Positions 41,720-55,915 are shown, counted from the first letter of the stretch. The stretch is DNA of 64,000 bases from Prorocentrum cordatum (GCA_963575745.1 CAUYUJ010000159.1:124001-188000); one strand, 5' to 3'. The notes: generated by a model not told the origin, from the sequence alone. Made by a program: numbers and translations.

Positions 41720-43676
41720 CGCTGGTGGGTATATTTGTTTTACAGCCGCTGGCGGAAGCGCCGGCGGCGAGCGGTCACGGTCGGGCTGCGGCCGTGACGA
41801 ATTACCCGGGCGCGCGCGGGGGCCGCGGATCAGGCGGCGGGGCAAGCAGCAACCCAGGGCGTCTGAGAGGCCAGGCGGTCGTGCAAGCTGCAACCCAGGG
41901 AGTCTGAAGGGTCAGTCACCCAGGAAGCAAAGCGGATGCGGCCAAAATGGCGCGCCGAACATTCCCAGTCATGGGTCGTGACAACCGACAACCGCATGGT
42001 GGTGGGAACCAAACTCCGTGCGAGAAAGTCAACCCAGGGAGTCTGTCCGGTATGAGCAGACCGAAAGCGTAGCTGACGTCGTCCAGCAAAGAAGGGAATT
42101 CTGACAGCGCCAGCGAACCGTCGCAGCTTCAGAATACGCATCCGCGGCTGACAGAGTGAGCCTGAGGTCAGAGACAGCTGAGGCAACCTCAAAACAACTG
42201 CTGAGAGATGCGCCTGCACGCAGGAAACCAGAGATGCTGGTGGGCATACGCGAGGTGTCTAGAATTTCGTAGGGGCCCGGACCCCAAAAGGCCAACATCT
42301 TCTTGGGTTCGCTACATTTCAGGAGGGCACCGGGTTGCCAAAAGATTGGCGCAATACGCCAAAGGACCCAACACGGCCCAACAGGCCCCTAAAACGTCCC
42401 AAAAGTGTTCCAAGAAGCCCCTCCCCCATTGTCCCTTCCCTCCGCCCTTCCCTCCCCTGTTTTAGGTATGCGCCAACGGCCTCAGGGTCCTTTCATTGCT
42501 CGGGGCCCTGTGGTCCAACACGTACGTAAATGAAACATTTGCACAACGAAGCGAAGCGGGTCTACGCAAATCACGCGGTGGCTTACGCTGGCTGCCAGCG
42601 CGGCACGTCACACAGGAAACAAGGGCGCTTACTCGCGACCTTGCGCGGGCAGTTTACGCGCGAATGTCGGCACAAACCATTTTCCTGCCCCGCTGATTTG
42701 TTTCTTCGCGATTCGGTTGGATGGTCTGGAGAGCACGGCACTCGGCGTCCCAACCGAACTCCTATGCTGAACATGCGAAGCAGTCGCAATCGTGCCCTGA
42801 GAAAGCGCTGCCATTTGTTCCTCTTCCTCCGCGGCCGCCGCTCGCCTTCTCCTCGCCCCTCTGTGAGCAGTTATATGGGCTTCGCAGCAGCCCTGCTCTG
42901 CCTGACCGACTCGCGCGATCGCCGAGTCCGCGACAAAATAACCTCTTCTGGGCAAGCTCCGCCACGTCGGGCCACGACCCCGCAGCTGCTGCCGCCGCGC
43001 CAATGAACGGCCTGGCACGAGGCGACACGACACGGAACGCGCACACGTTCGGACCGCCCACGCCCTGCCCCGCACATGCGTCGGGCACGCGCTAAGATTA
43101 CGTCAGGCATGTCCTCCTACAGGCGGATGTTGGACGAAAAGCGAAGAATAGCGAGACAAGTCTTCAAACATAGTCAGAGGTAGTAGCAGCCTCATCCCCA
43201 GGCTATGGTTGGACCCTTTTTGCAGGTTCCTCTTGAAGAGAGAGGCGCCCGACTTAATGCTAGGATGGGCTGGGAACGCGCGTACATGAAACCAACTAAT
43301 GCCGCCTCATTTGGCGACGGGGCGCGCCGATTCCGTGTGGAAACGGCACCCTTCGCTAATCCACGCGCCTGAATCCATGGTTGCGACTCCTCGACTGCAG
43401 GGCCCCCGGCGCAACGAGACCCACTTCACGGGCCCTACGCGAGCCCTGAACGAGGGCCCTTGGCGGGGCAGGGTGAGCAGACGCCGTCGACAGAGGTGCT
43501 CCCTGCTCTGGGAGGCGAGGGCGCGACGAGCGACCAGGGGGATACTCGAGGGGGCGAAGTGGGGAGGGAGGAAGAAGGAGGCCACTTCTGTCCACCCCAA
43601 TCGTTCGGGAAAGGAGGCCCTCCGTGCCGCTGCCATCCTGGTTGCCCTGGCCGCGCGGCCTCTCTCTTTTTTTTGT

Positions 43677-43707
<31 letters not shown>

Positions 43708-43869
43708 GTTTATCTTTCTCTCTCTTTCTCTCTCTCCTTTTTTTTGTTTTCTCTCTCTCTCTCGTTCCGCCAGGGGAGGGGGAGGAGGAGGAGGAGGAGG
43801 AGGAGGAGGAGGAGGGAGGAGGAGGAGGAGGAGGAGGGGGAGGGGAGGAGGGGGAGGGGGAGGAGGAGG

Positions 43870-46800
43870 ATACCCACCCGCCGAGAGCGTCGTCCCACGA
43901 GCGCTCTACCTGAGCAAGCCTTGCAGCGTGGGGGGCCTCCGACTGGAGGCCCTCGATCTACCGATCAGAATCTGCCGAGCAGTGACATCAGAGCTAGACA
44001 GGGAACCACGCAGGGATTGGACAGTGGAGCGAGTGGAATCTAAGGCGAAAAGATAAGAAGGCAGGGCGTCGGAGGAAACCCGGGAAAATCGATGGGGGAG
44101 GAAGGAGTTCAGAGGATCAGGTCCATGCTCTTGAGGAAGAGCAGGAAGATGGTGACGAAGGGTAGGGAGAAGACTGTAGCAGGAAACGTCATGCAACATG
44201 TCATCACCACCAACATACTGACATCCAAATACGCATCTACCAGGGCCTTGTCTGTACCTCCTCGTAGTGTTCCAACTGTTACAAACAGTCTTCAGCAAGC
44301 TAACCCGCATGTACTCTGGAACCATGTCGGAGGATCGAAGAAAGAGGCGGATGGATGTGTCCAGCTCCATCTCGGAAGACAGCGGGAGCCACTTCTTGAA
44401 GCGCGGCGCCAGCACTCTCGAAACAGGCGCAGCACAGGAGTCAACGAAAATCATCTTGGCGAGACGACTCTGAATTTGTTTACGACGACAATCATGAGGA
44501 AGGCGAGAGTGGTAGTTCGATATCGAGTAATCCTCCATCAGTTGCACAAAAAAGCGAGTGCCTGAAAAAGGGGCTGCACATGTAGGCTGGCGCGAATTCG
44601 TCGGGTTCTCTGGCTGCATGAAACTCCTGGAGACATTCCTGGAATACCTCGGAGCAGGGGGCGACCCGCAGCCTGGCAGCGAGAGATGGCACCTGCAGCG
44701 ACGATGTCTGGACAGAGAAACCCAGCTCCTTCATCCTCGGAAACAGACCAGGCGGGATCGAGTGACGGGGAGCACACGTGCACAGCTGATGAGTCTCACG
44801 TTCAACCTGGAGAGCGGACTTGGTGGGGCGAAAGCCTTTGCTTAAATATGAAATAGCGGGCAGCACGTATCGGTTGTGCGCGCACGCACTCACGATGAAG
44901 CCTTCCCCTATTTTCTTGACGGCGCGCGCCCTGCGAATGAGCCTGGTGGCGGCTGCCCGCCAAGACAGCTCTGGGCCACGGTGGCCAAGAACAAAGCCGA
45001 GGTACTTGCCATGCAGCTGAATCTTGAAACTTCGCACTCGGATGCCATGCGCGCGGAACAGCTGAGGTGCATTAGTGAACAATCCAGGATTATGAAGGAT
45101 GATGACACACTTCGTGAGATTCAAGATCAGGCCCGGGGAGATCCCAAAGGCACAGATTGCTCGCGCCACGCAGCAGAGGTCTGCGATGGTGTCGCAGGCC
45201 GTCAGACAAAAATCATCGGCGAATGCAGAAACGATTTCTGGCATTTATGCAGGTCAGGCGAGATGCTGGAGAAGGGGATCCAGACAAAGAGCAAACATAA
45301 CACCTGAAAACGGACGTCCTTGTTTAACTCCTCTAAGGGCAGTGAACTCGTGGGCCCTGGACCCGCGAAATTGGACTTGACATACCATATTCTGATGCAA
45401 GATGGAGATAGCGATGACGATAAACGCGGGGAGATGGCACGCCCTCAACACTCTCAGGATCCAGGAATGCAAGGTCGAGGGGAAGGCCGCACGGACGTCG
45501 AAAAGGAAGCTGCCTGTGCGCTGGAAGCCGAAGACGGCGCCCCAGAGGAAGATGGAAATCGGTCTCGATTAGGAGGCCCATGATCCGCCCACCTGCGATG
45601 AATCCCCGCTGGGAACGGCGCCCTCGGTCGGCCAGCGCAGGACCAGTGGGCGCGGCTATCATTGCACCGACCAGCCTATTGTCTGTGTTGGACAACGCAA
45701 TCGGCCTGGAATCCCCAGGCGCCCCGAAGACTTGGTCGCTGCCCTCAGTGTCGCCCTTGGCCAAGAAGGCCAACGAAGCAAAGTTGAAGTCAGCGCTCGC
45801 TGGCCGCCCGGCGAGCACGCGCTCGTAGACTGCGAACAATGACTCGTGTGCGTCGGGGCCTGCAGCTCTCCAAGCGCTGTAACATAAACCATCTGGCCCA
45901 GGGGCCGAATCTTTTTTCCTGGGGAGGGGGCCCTGGAACTGGTCGAAGGTGAGTGCCCGAGGGAGTCGTTGATGAGTGGTATTGGTGTATTGATGAGGAC
46001 CGTCGGGGAGGAGAATGACACCTCTGCAGAAAGCCTTCGCCAGGAACAGGGCAGCCATGGCCAGCAGAGAAGACGCGGCCCCAGTGCTCTGTGAGCATGA
46101 GCGCACAGGTGTCGGGGTCCTCGATGGTCTGCCCTTGCGGACCGACGAGCCCCTTGAGAACGACAGAACAGTTCGCACTCCCCCATGCTTTGGCTAAACG
46201 CTTGACTCTCATAATATGGAAATATGCGCTGCTGTTTCCTGCTGCTGCTGCTTGCTGCCATTCACGTTCTTGCACAGAGGGCTCAGCCGTCATGAGGCTG
46301 CTGAGGTAAGTGTGGAACTGGGCCCAGCGTGACCAGCATTGTCCATCGACTGAATAAAACCGCCAAGCACGGGGCATGCATGCACATCAGACTGAACAGC
46401 GCGGCGAAGGGGCGCGCGATGACCCCGAGCGAGCTTCAGGCAACAGGCGATTGTTCCACACCTTGTAGCGGTTTTTGTAGAGAACATCTCGTGTTTTTTT
46501 TGAGCAGCGGCGACCATAAGACACTTCGCTACCTGAAGCTTCTCGGGTGGGTCCTCGCTAGAAGACTGGCCTTTGGAAAGGTCCTCGAATAACTTCGAGT
46601 AAGGCGGGCGCTTAGATGTCCCAGCCAGCAGATGCACGCCCTTGTCTGCCCCCCACGGCCTGCTCGAAAACAATACTGGCACATGGTCGGGGGGGGGGGC
46701 ATGTCGCATATTTCCCATGCAGTAGAGGACGCATGACACATATCGAAGATGTCGGCAGAGGGGGGGGGGGGGCGCTGTAGAAGCGGTCGAGCCTGGCAAA

Positions 46801-46975
46801 GGGCTTGGGCAGAGGCTGCATGATCACGCGTCGGCGCGTGCTTCTTCTCTTGCTCGTGCTCTGCAAACTCGGAAAAGATCGTGCGAAAGCAGACCGCGCG
46901 CCTAGCAGGCTGAAATCTGTCTGTCCCTTCGGTGGCATTAAATCGACATTCTCCTTCTCCATGGCAATTGAAGTC

Positions 46976-47013
<38 letters not shown>

Positions 47014-48771
47014 CGGTGGCGAGCTGATGGCCCAGAACCCTGGAGCGAATCCTCTGGAAGGGCAAACGAACATGGGGTTCAGGGAGCTCGGGGTCGATAT
47101 GAATGTTCACGATGTGTACCGCTCCTTTGGGGCCCCGAGGAGTAACTCTAGCGACGCCGCCAGGAACGACTTCCACAAGTTGGCGGGGGTCGAACTCGCC
47201 GAAGAACTTACGATTGATGAAAAAGAGCAGCCCACCAGCAATCGGACGAGCGCAGAACGACCCCAGGAGGTGATGAGTTTTGAACTCGCGCTGCAGATTC
47301 GCGAGGTCCCCAGGCGAACCATGAGTTTCCTGAAGGCAAACGACTTCGCGATTAAGAGCTAGATCGCGTAATCTGTGGAATTTATGTCGAGCCCGAACTT
47401 GATCAGCACGCAGGGAACCTATAAGAGCTCAAGTGTTCCACGTGGTAATCCGAAACGCATTTTCAGGAAGACGCGGAGAATATTGAGAGGGGGAGGGGCG
47501 AAAATCTCCGACGCCTCTGCAGACTGCTGATTGGAGGGCGGCTGCGACGCATGGAATGCATCTGAATTCTGGCTGCTGACTTGCAATGCAAAAGAGGAGG
47601 AGGGGGAAGGAACGCCGACGGAGCCCCAGCAGCCCCCACGCTGGCGGCAAAATTCTCTTCCGCGCGCAGGGAAGCGGAAGGAGGAGGGGGCGAGGACAGA
47701 GCAACAGAAGGTTGTTCAGAGCAGCAGCGCCATGAGGCCTCACATCAGAGGTTCTCGACATTGGCGATGGCCTCGGCCCGCTCCTTGGAGATCCCCCAGA
47801 AGTGGAGCGCGTCGTACTTTGGCTCGAACTTGAACGCGTCTAAGTCCGAGGAGGTCGCTTGGTACAACTCGAAAATGCCGTGCTCGGTGATGACCTGCAG
47901 CACGCCCCTGTGGCCGGTGACCCCAACTTTGTGGGCGGTGGGCCAGCGCTCGGACTTCGAGCTCCTCTTTGACGGTAGTGCAGATGGCGGACAGCGCGCG
48001 TTTTTTTTCTGCCGCACGTGCAGCGGCAGATCTCCACGAATACGAATAGGATGGAGAGACCCGTCACGAAAATCTCTCCATTGCATGCCAGCACCGTTGG
48101 CGCGGTGTTGAAACACGAGAGCGTCCACCATGTTCTTGAAGTGCAGCTTGTAGGTCTGACTGATGCCATGGAACTCGGCCGTGACCACTTCGTCGCGGAG
48201 CTCCTGCGGGTAGGCGGTCTGCATCTGTGACCAGTGCGCCTGCAGCGTATTGGCCAAGAGGGGGCGAGGGAACGTGCCCACGAACTTCACCGTGGGGTTG
48301 CCCATGTCATCGTCGTCCGCGTCGAGCCCTGCCACACGCCTTACTTTACCATCAGCTCCACGTTGACGATATATGCTGCCTGGCGATGAGCCGCTGCATG
48401 TACTCGCTGCCGAACTGCTATCTTCAAGGGACTTGATCTTGGCGCCCTACTGGCTGACGAGGTCGCGCACTTGTTGAACCCCGGACCCTTGTTGAGTGAG
48501 TTGGCCTTGCAACCTAGCGGCTGCAACTTGGATTTCTCCCGAGAGAGCAGACGTGATCTCCGTCTTCTGCTTATCGAGCATGGCTTGAAGTTGAAGGACC
48601 AGCTCTCCATTACCACCAGCGCCAGACCGCGCCATGGCACGAAGTGTGAAGGTGAGCAACAGAAGCTGCCAGGTTCCAGGAGCCTTGCCTGCCGCGGAAT
48701 AGCGGTATCCCTTCAAGCCAATGCGGGCACAGCCCGCTGTCAACATGGTATTGAGCCAAAATGGCTACGGA
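43870..48771 (-). mobile_element. Full-length but frameshifted L1/Tx1-like LINE headed by a spliced leader
   Basis: ORF1 remnants at 47745-48746. Endonuclease: RITTWN, LQETHG, VNIH, DFN, RLDRFY, DHVPV. RT: SAPGPDG, RPIALSNTD, QRGFI, GVKQGRPFSG..F, AFADD, LNLTKC, KYLGF. C-terminal CVFGC..D..H..C. Confidence 0.9.
48751..48771 (-). other. DinoSL copy (first 21 of 22 nt)
   Basis: ttgagccaaaatggctacgga is the reverse complement of TCCGTAGCCATTTTGGCTCAA; the final G is replaced by T. Confidence 0.95.
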
Positions 48772-48782
48772 AGGAGGAGGAA

Positions 48783-48818
<36 letters not shown>

Positions 48819-50789
48819 GAGGAGGAGGAAGGGGAGGGGAGAAAGGAACGCTGACGAGGCGGTGGCGCAAAGGGGGAGGGAGCGGGTTCGACATGCACCT
48901 GACCTCTGTGAATACCAAGAAACACGAAGACAAACGCGGCAAAGAAGAGCAAAACGAAACTACAACAACACAATACAAACTTACTCACGGACGCGCAGGA
49001 CAGGACTGCTGAGACTATCCTTCGTGACTTCGTTATGTTACTTATCGTTGTGTGTGTTGTTGTTGTTGTTGAACATTATTAATTCTAAAGAATAATTATT
49101 GTTGGGACCCCTGGTGCACGGCCCCCCTGCGCCGCCTAGGCCGCAGCTACATTTTCATCATTTTCGTGAGGAAGCCTCAGGTAATACGATGTCATCAAGA
49201 TCCGGTTGTTTTGTTGTAATCCGTTTCCCCTTGCAAAAAACACTATAAAATGACATTTCTTGTTCTAATATAATCAAATTTCAAGAATCCCTTGCAAAAA
49301 ATAAGGTAAAGTGGACATTCGCGCGCGCAAGACGAAATCCTTCCAAAAGCTTAGTGTTCGGAGCGATTTTAACATAAAAACATCAAAAAACCAATGGTTT
49401 TTCAACAAAAAAATGTCAAAATCTCATCCCGCGCGCTCTTGCGGATTCGTAGGAAACCCAACACTTTTTAAACATTTCTGTCAAACGGGCTTTTGCGAGC
49501 AACTTTTTCGAACTTCTGCGACAACGGTTGCGCACCTGCCAGGGCCATCATCCCTGTCAAATAATACCATGCGGGACACATTCGTTTTTTCTTCGCGCGC
49601 GCACGCCGAAATCTCCAAAAACCATTGGGTTCTTAAGAATTTTAGCACCGCGCATCATAAAATCACACGAATCGCACCGTAGGTCCTCGAAAAACACCTG
49701 CACGACTTTTCAAAATTTCCACCCGCGCGCGCTGTCCGAATCCTAAAAAAACCAATGGTTTTCCAACATTTATGTTACATGAGCTCGCGCGAGCTACTTT
49801 CGCACGCTCTTGCAACGGGGTTCGCGCGCCTGCCAGGGGCCAGAATCCCTTGCGGTTGCGCCATATGTTGCGCCCTCGGCCGCCGAGAATAAAACGCCCC
49901 CCTATTGGTTGCGTCATAGGTTGCGCCCTCGGCCGCCGAGAATAAAACGTCCCCCTACTGGTTGCGCCATAGGTTGCCCCAGGAGGCCTTCAAGAGGCCC
50001 CAAGAGCCCGCCTGCGGGTGTACGAACGTAGGCTTAACAACTTCTGTGGGTGTGTACTCCACGCCAGTGTAGTAGCCACGGTCGTCCGCAGGCCACGAAG
50101 TGAAGTGTCCGAACGTCATAGGGCGGGAAGCTGGGTGTGGGTGGTGGCGAAGAGTCGTGTGGATATTTGGTAGAGCTTGCACTGCCCCCCCACAAAGTGG
50201 GGGTATTGGCTGGCGTCGCATGAAAACCCTGGCACTGGTGAGAACACTGAGCGTTCGGGTAAAGTGATTGGTGTTGTTGTTGTTGTTGTTGTTGGTGGTG
50301 TTGTTGTTGTTGTTGTTGTGGTTCTCTCTCTCTCTCTCTCTCTCTCTCCCTTTTGAGTATGTAGCAGGTCATGTTTGGCTTAGGGGCCACCTCGCATGCG
50401 CTGATATGATATGCGGACGACGGGGGCATGACTACGGCGTCTAGTCGTCAGAGCGATCGTGGAGATGGGCATGGCGCATAGGCGGATGCGTCGCTGGTCT
50501 TGGAAGCCAGCGCGGTGCATGAACCGCAGCGCGCATTACATATTTCCAAAAGATATGGACGTGGCGCCTTCGTAGGCAAGAGCTCCGTGGCAGTCAGAAT
50601 CAAGGTCTGTGACAACTGTCTGTTCTACTGAAAAGAAGCAGCACACTCAAACATGACAGTCCAAGAATAATAATAATAATAATGATTCTAACGCTAGCGA
50701 GCGATCTGTCAATGTATAACCTATCACGTGTTGTCATGTCTGCTCGAATGCACTGGTGCACAACCTCCCCACAATTAAAAAACGCTGCA

Positions 50790-51860
50790 ACATTGAAATC
50801 CGCCTCTCCTGCTTGAACCGTGCAACTTGAGACAACGCAAGCCCCCTCTCGGGCTCATCCGAATGGTCCCCAAACAGAATTTGCACTGAGGGCTTGCAAA
50901 TTGATGGGTCGAAGATTCGCCACGTTGCCGCCCGTTTCCGCGCCGTTGCAGCATCGTGCGCTGATTTGCTCTGGCGAGCCTTCGCCATATTGCCGTCAGT
51001 AGCCGCCTTCTTGCCGCCTCGTGCGCTGGGTGGGTCTGGCGAAATCTCGTCACGTTGCCACCCGTTGCATCGTCGCTGCCGCCACGTGCGCTCCGACGAC
51101 GTTTCGTCACGCTGCTGCCCGTGGCCCTTTCGTTGCCGACTCGTGCCCTAGGTGGGCCCAGCGAGCTTTCGCCACGGTGCCGCCCGTTGCCCTCTCGTTA
51201 CCACCTCTTGCGCCGAGTAGGTCCAGCGAGCTTCCGCCAAAATGCCGACGGTCGTTGCCGCATCGTGCGCGCCAGCGATTTTTCGCTACGTTGCCGCCCG
51301 TTGCCGCCTCGTTGCTGCGCTGGCGACGGGTTGGTCCGGCGACGTTTCGCCACGTTGCCACCTCCTGGCCGCCTCCTGCGCTGGGACACTTGCCCCACAA
51401 TATTTAAAAAACACATAGAATAAATCCGAATCCGCCTCTCCTGCTTCTTTGAACCGTGCAACCTGGGACAACGCAAGCTCCTCTCGGGCTCATCCGAAGA
51501 TTCCCCAAACAGTGTTTGCAATTGTGGTTATTACTTGCGTTTCTGAAGAACTTGATGGGTCTGACGAGGTTTCGCCAAGTTGCTGCCCGATTCCGCCTCG
51601 TTGTCGCCACGTTGTTGCCCGTGGCCGCCTCAATGCCACCTTGTGCACCGCGTGGGTCCACGAGACTTCGCCACGTTGCCGCCCGTTGCCTCCTCGTAAC
51701 CGCGTCGTTGCCACCTTGTGTGCTGGTTGGGTCCGGCGTTGTTTCGCAACGTTGCCGCCTCAATGCCTCCTCGTTGTTGCCTCGTGCGCTGGTTGGGTCT
51801 GGCAAGCTTTCGCCACGTTGCCTGGTGGGTGTATCCTCGCCGCCATCGATTCCACCCACA
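50790..51860. repeat. Repeat built from TTCGCCACGTTGCCGCCCGTTGCC-like units, with an internal duplication (~50795-50890 vs ~51428-51520)
   Basis: Direct inspection. Confidence 0.7.
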
Positions 51861-53199
51861 ATTAGTTTCTTTCAAATCTGTATCGATGTACCCATCGGTC
51901 GAAAGGAGTGGGTAGAAACATGAAGTAGGAAGGCGTTGGAAGTAGATTGGGCTTCCGCCCGCCCCCTGAAGAGAAGGGAAGAGGGAAACCCACTCGACTC
52001 TTGAAGTAGGAAGGCGGCTAAAGTAGATTGGGAACTGGAAATTCCAACCATACCTACTTTCAACGACCGATGGGTAAGATTACGTGCGCGGTCCATTCAC
52101 AACAGGTCACGCCAGCCCCCGTCGACGGCGGACGACAAGCATTTCCCATTCCTCGAAGACGGAAGCCCGTTCTGCAAAACCTCCGATCACAATCGGGATC
52201 TTCCATCTTCGACCGGCCTACCAATCATCGGACCCCTCCCGGATACCACGCGGCCAGATCTCTCGGGCCGCGGTCGCCCGTTACCACACGAGGGACTCCC
52301 GGCAGCCGTCCACGGCGACAGCACGACCGAACACCATGCGACCCGCAACGGCGCGGCAACGGCACGACGACCGACCGAAGCGAACCGAACCGACTGGACG
52401 CAACCGATTGCGACGCAGCCGAACCGACCGAACTATCCCCGCCGACGTTGCCCGTGAAGCGTTCGGTCGGAGATCTTCTGACCCGGGTCAATCCAGACCA
52501 TGGTCAGTCAGACCATCCAAGATCCTGCAGGACCCTGCAAGATCTGGCACCCAAACCTGGGTCAGATGCGCACCTGGCTCTGCAGGCTCCTGCAAAATCC
52601 TGCGCTCCCACTGACCCCCCCGTTTGCGTTGACCCCGGTCCCTTGAGCCCCGATTCGGGTCCTAACTCCGGTATCCGGCAGCCGCTCGGCGACATCTGGG
52701 CACACCAAGAACGCTCGCGGCGAGGCGCAGCCTCTGAAGGCATCCCCGAGGAACGCCCGAAAGCCTCGAACCTCGAAGCTCCCCTCTCCTATATAGCCAG
52801 AATGGGGAGGAAATGGGGTGAGGATAAGTCGAGAACCGTCTGAGATCCGTCGGCTCTGAAAGATATCTCGGGCGCCAAGGCCTCCTCAGTGCGTTCCGGT
52901 ACGCTCTGAGAGAGCTTTCCAGAACGCTCTGGAGCGGATCTATCCTCGTCTTGACCCCGCCCGCTCTGATGGGCCAATTTTCCACCACCACTACCATATT
53001 ATGTAGGACGGGGGAAAAGTGAGGATGGGGAGGTCCTCCTCCTCTCCTCCTCTTCCTCCTCATCCTCCTTCTGCCTTATCCTCCTCCTCCTCCTCCTCCT
53101 CCTCCTCCTCCTCTTTCTCCTCCTCCTCAGCCTCTCTGGCCCAGGCTGGGGGGTCCTGGGATTGCCGCAGCTAACTTCAGAGGGGCGTGTTGCGGCGGG

Positions 53200-54592
53200 C
53201 ATGGCATGGCGCGCCTCAGTGCCTTGGAGGCAGGAGGCGATGAGCAAGACGCACAGCCCTTCTGCAACAGGGCGTGGCGAGATGCTCGACCTGGTGGAGA
53301 CGGTGGTCAGCGCGGCGGTCACGGCGGCAGTACGCTCTGCCACGCCGCACAAGGCTCGGCCGCAGCCGAGGCCTTCAGTCAGACCGACCGCAGCGCCGTT
53401 GCAGGCCATCATGGACGGCAAGGTGGACGAGGAGGAGGTCCCGTCTCCGCCGCCAGGGGTCTGGTCCTGCCAGGACGTCAAAGGAGGAGGACAGGGTCAC
53501 GAGGAGCACGCGCTGGACTCGCTGGGCGCGACCGGTGGCGATCCTGCGTTCGCGCTCCCGCTCGCCAAGGGCGTCGACGGCGGCCTCGGCACCGACGGGC
53601 CCTTCCTGGCCGAGCTCGGCACCGGCGCCCGAGGTGTGGCCTGGCACGACGCCCAAGCACGCCTCGCCCGCGGCGGTGGAGACCCACTCCCAGAAGAAGG
53701 AGAGGAAGGACAAGAAGGAGAAGAGGGGCAAGAAGCGCAAGGGGAGGTCTCGCTCGGCCAGGGTGGTCGACTGAGCAGGGCCTCCTACTACGACCTGGAC
53801 CCCAAGGGGGAGGACCGCCCCCACGTGCTCAAGGTGGAGGGCGGCGACGAGCTCCTGGACTGGTACGACGACGTGGGGATCGGGGGCAAGCTGCACGCAT
53901 CTTCGGCAGCTGGGTTCATGGGCGGCATGGGCGCCATCGGACACGAGCTCGCGGAGGTGCCGCCTTTCCCGTCCCTCGGCGTGCTGGACAACTTCAAGGT
54001 GGACGTCGGCAGTCGCAAGCTGGTGGCAAGCCAGATGGACTACGAGGGCGTCACGGACAACTTCAAGGTGGTGGACGTCGAGAGTCGCATGCTGGTGGTA
54101 AGCCAGATGGACATCGAGGGCGTCACGGGCAACTTCAAGGTGGACGTCGAGAGTCGGGCGCTGGTGTCCAGCGTGGACCTTGACGGTGAGCGAGAGCAAG
54201 GTGGAGGAATACGGACGCCGGGGGGTGGGAAGACGGCCGCCCCCTCGATCTTCCCACCTGCGGCGCGGCGTGGTCTTCCAGAGTGGGTTCGCCAGCTCAA
54301 CGCGGACCTTTTCAAGAAGCAGGAGCAGGTGGAGGCCGCCCGCCGCCTCGGCTCCGACGTGGTCACGGCTGTGCTCCCCGCGAAGGGCCAGGTCGTGAAG
54401 GTCGAGGGTGGCGAGTTCTGCGGCGTGGTGGAGGTCGGTCGCAAGTCGCGGAAGGAGCAGGTCCTGGAGGTCATCATGGGCCTGATCCTGCACTTCAAGG
54501 ATGAGGACCTCCACTACACGGGCGAGCTTATCGAGCTCTACGACGGGCTGATGCTCGACGTCGAGGGCTCCCAGCGGGGCCAGGAGGCCTGA
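53200..54592 (+). CDS. Intronless ORF of unknown function with three tandem ~23-aa repeats; possible retrocopy or element ORF
   Basis: Open frame with GC3-rich codons; repeats of DNFKVDV.SR.LV.SQMD.EGVT at ~53985-54175; bounded by (CCT)n tracts. Confidence 0.45.
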
Positions 54593-55339
54593 GGAGGCAC
54601 GGGAGGGGTCTGCGGCCTCGGCAGGGTTGGGGGCCCCGTCGTGTCGTGGTTGCTCTCTTGGGCTCCTGTGGGCTCTGGGTCCTGGCTGGGCCCGTGGGGG
54701 GGCTTCCTGGGTGGGGCCCCCGTCCGCTGCCGTCTGGTCGTGGACCCTCTCCGTCGGCGGCGGCGGCGTGCGGCGCCGCGACGGGCGGCGGCCGCCGCGG
54801 GATCGCTCGGACTTCTCGGGCCTCTGTGGCCTGAACGGGTTCCTTCGGGAGCCCGAGGTAGTCCAGTCTCCAGTCTTTCTCCTCCTCCTCCTCCTCCGCC
54901 TCCTCCTCCTCCCTATCCTCCTCCTTCATGGCCCGAGGCATGTGCGCGGAATAGGGGAGGAGGAGGGGCCAGGGGGCGTCACGAAATGAGAAGAGGGGGC
55001 CATGGCATCCTGGAGATATCATGGCCCCGCCATGCCCCCCCCCACAACAACCCTAGTCTTAGAAAGTCGGAGGTTCGCTAGGGACTGGTTTCCCCCCGAA
55101 ACGACGATAACCCTTCCAAACGCCTCCCGAAACCTTCAGAAAGCCTCCTGGAACGGTGCTTCCAAATTCGCCGGCCCAACGGGCCAGAGGCGTGCTAAGA
55201 TCTCCGGTAACTGGTTCACAATTCTTCTATTTCGGGCGCGCGGGGCGGCCCCTGGGGGTCCCCCGGCGAAAAGTACCCCGACCGCAGCCCGGGAAGGTCT
55301 ACTCAGAGATGGTTTTCCTCCTGGGTACGGCCTCTCAGG

Positions 55340-55915
55340 CCCCCCAGAGCACGCCAAGAGGGCCCCAAGAGGCCCCCAAGACTGCCCAAGAGGCTCCCGA
55401 GACGCCCAAAGGACGCTCCAAGACGCCGAAGATGATCCCAAGACGGCCCAAGAAGCCGCCAAGACGCTCCAAGTGGCCTCCAAGAGGCCTCGCAAGAGCG
55501 CCCCGTCATCAACTTTACGATGGTTTTGGGAGGATTTTGGCCTTGTCGCGTTTTCGGCTTTCCGATGCTCCAAGACGGCCCAAGAGGCCCCCAAGAGCGC
55601 ACGAAGACGGCTCAAGAGGCTCCCAAGAAGGCCCCCAGAGAGCCCAAACGGGCCCCGAGACGGCCCAAGAGACGCCCAAGACGGCCCCAAGAGGGGCCCA
55701 AGATGGGGACCACGAACCGAAACCTCGAGCCTTCCGCCCCAAGAGGGCCCCAGGAGGCCCCGAGAGGCCCCCAAGATGGCCCAAGATGCCGCCAAGAGGC
55801 CCCCAAGAGACCCCAGAAGGCTCCATAGAGGCTCAAAAGAGGCCCTACAAGGCTTCAAAAATGTCTCCCAGGCGCCCCCGAACGGCGTCTCAACAGACCC
55901 CAGGGCCTCCCAAAG
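55340..55915. repeat. CCCAAGA-based degenerate satellite
   Basis: Direct inspection. Confidence 0.8.
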
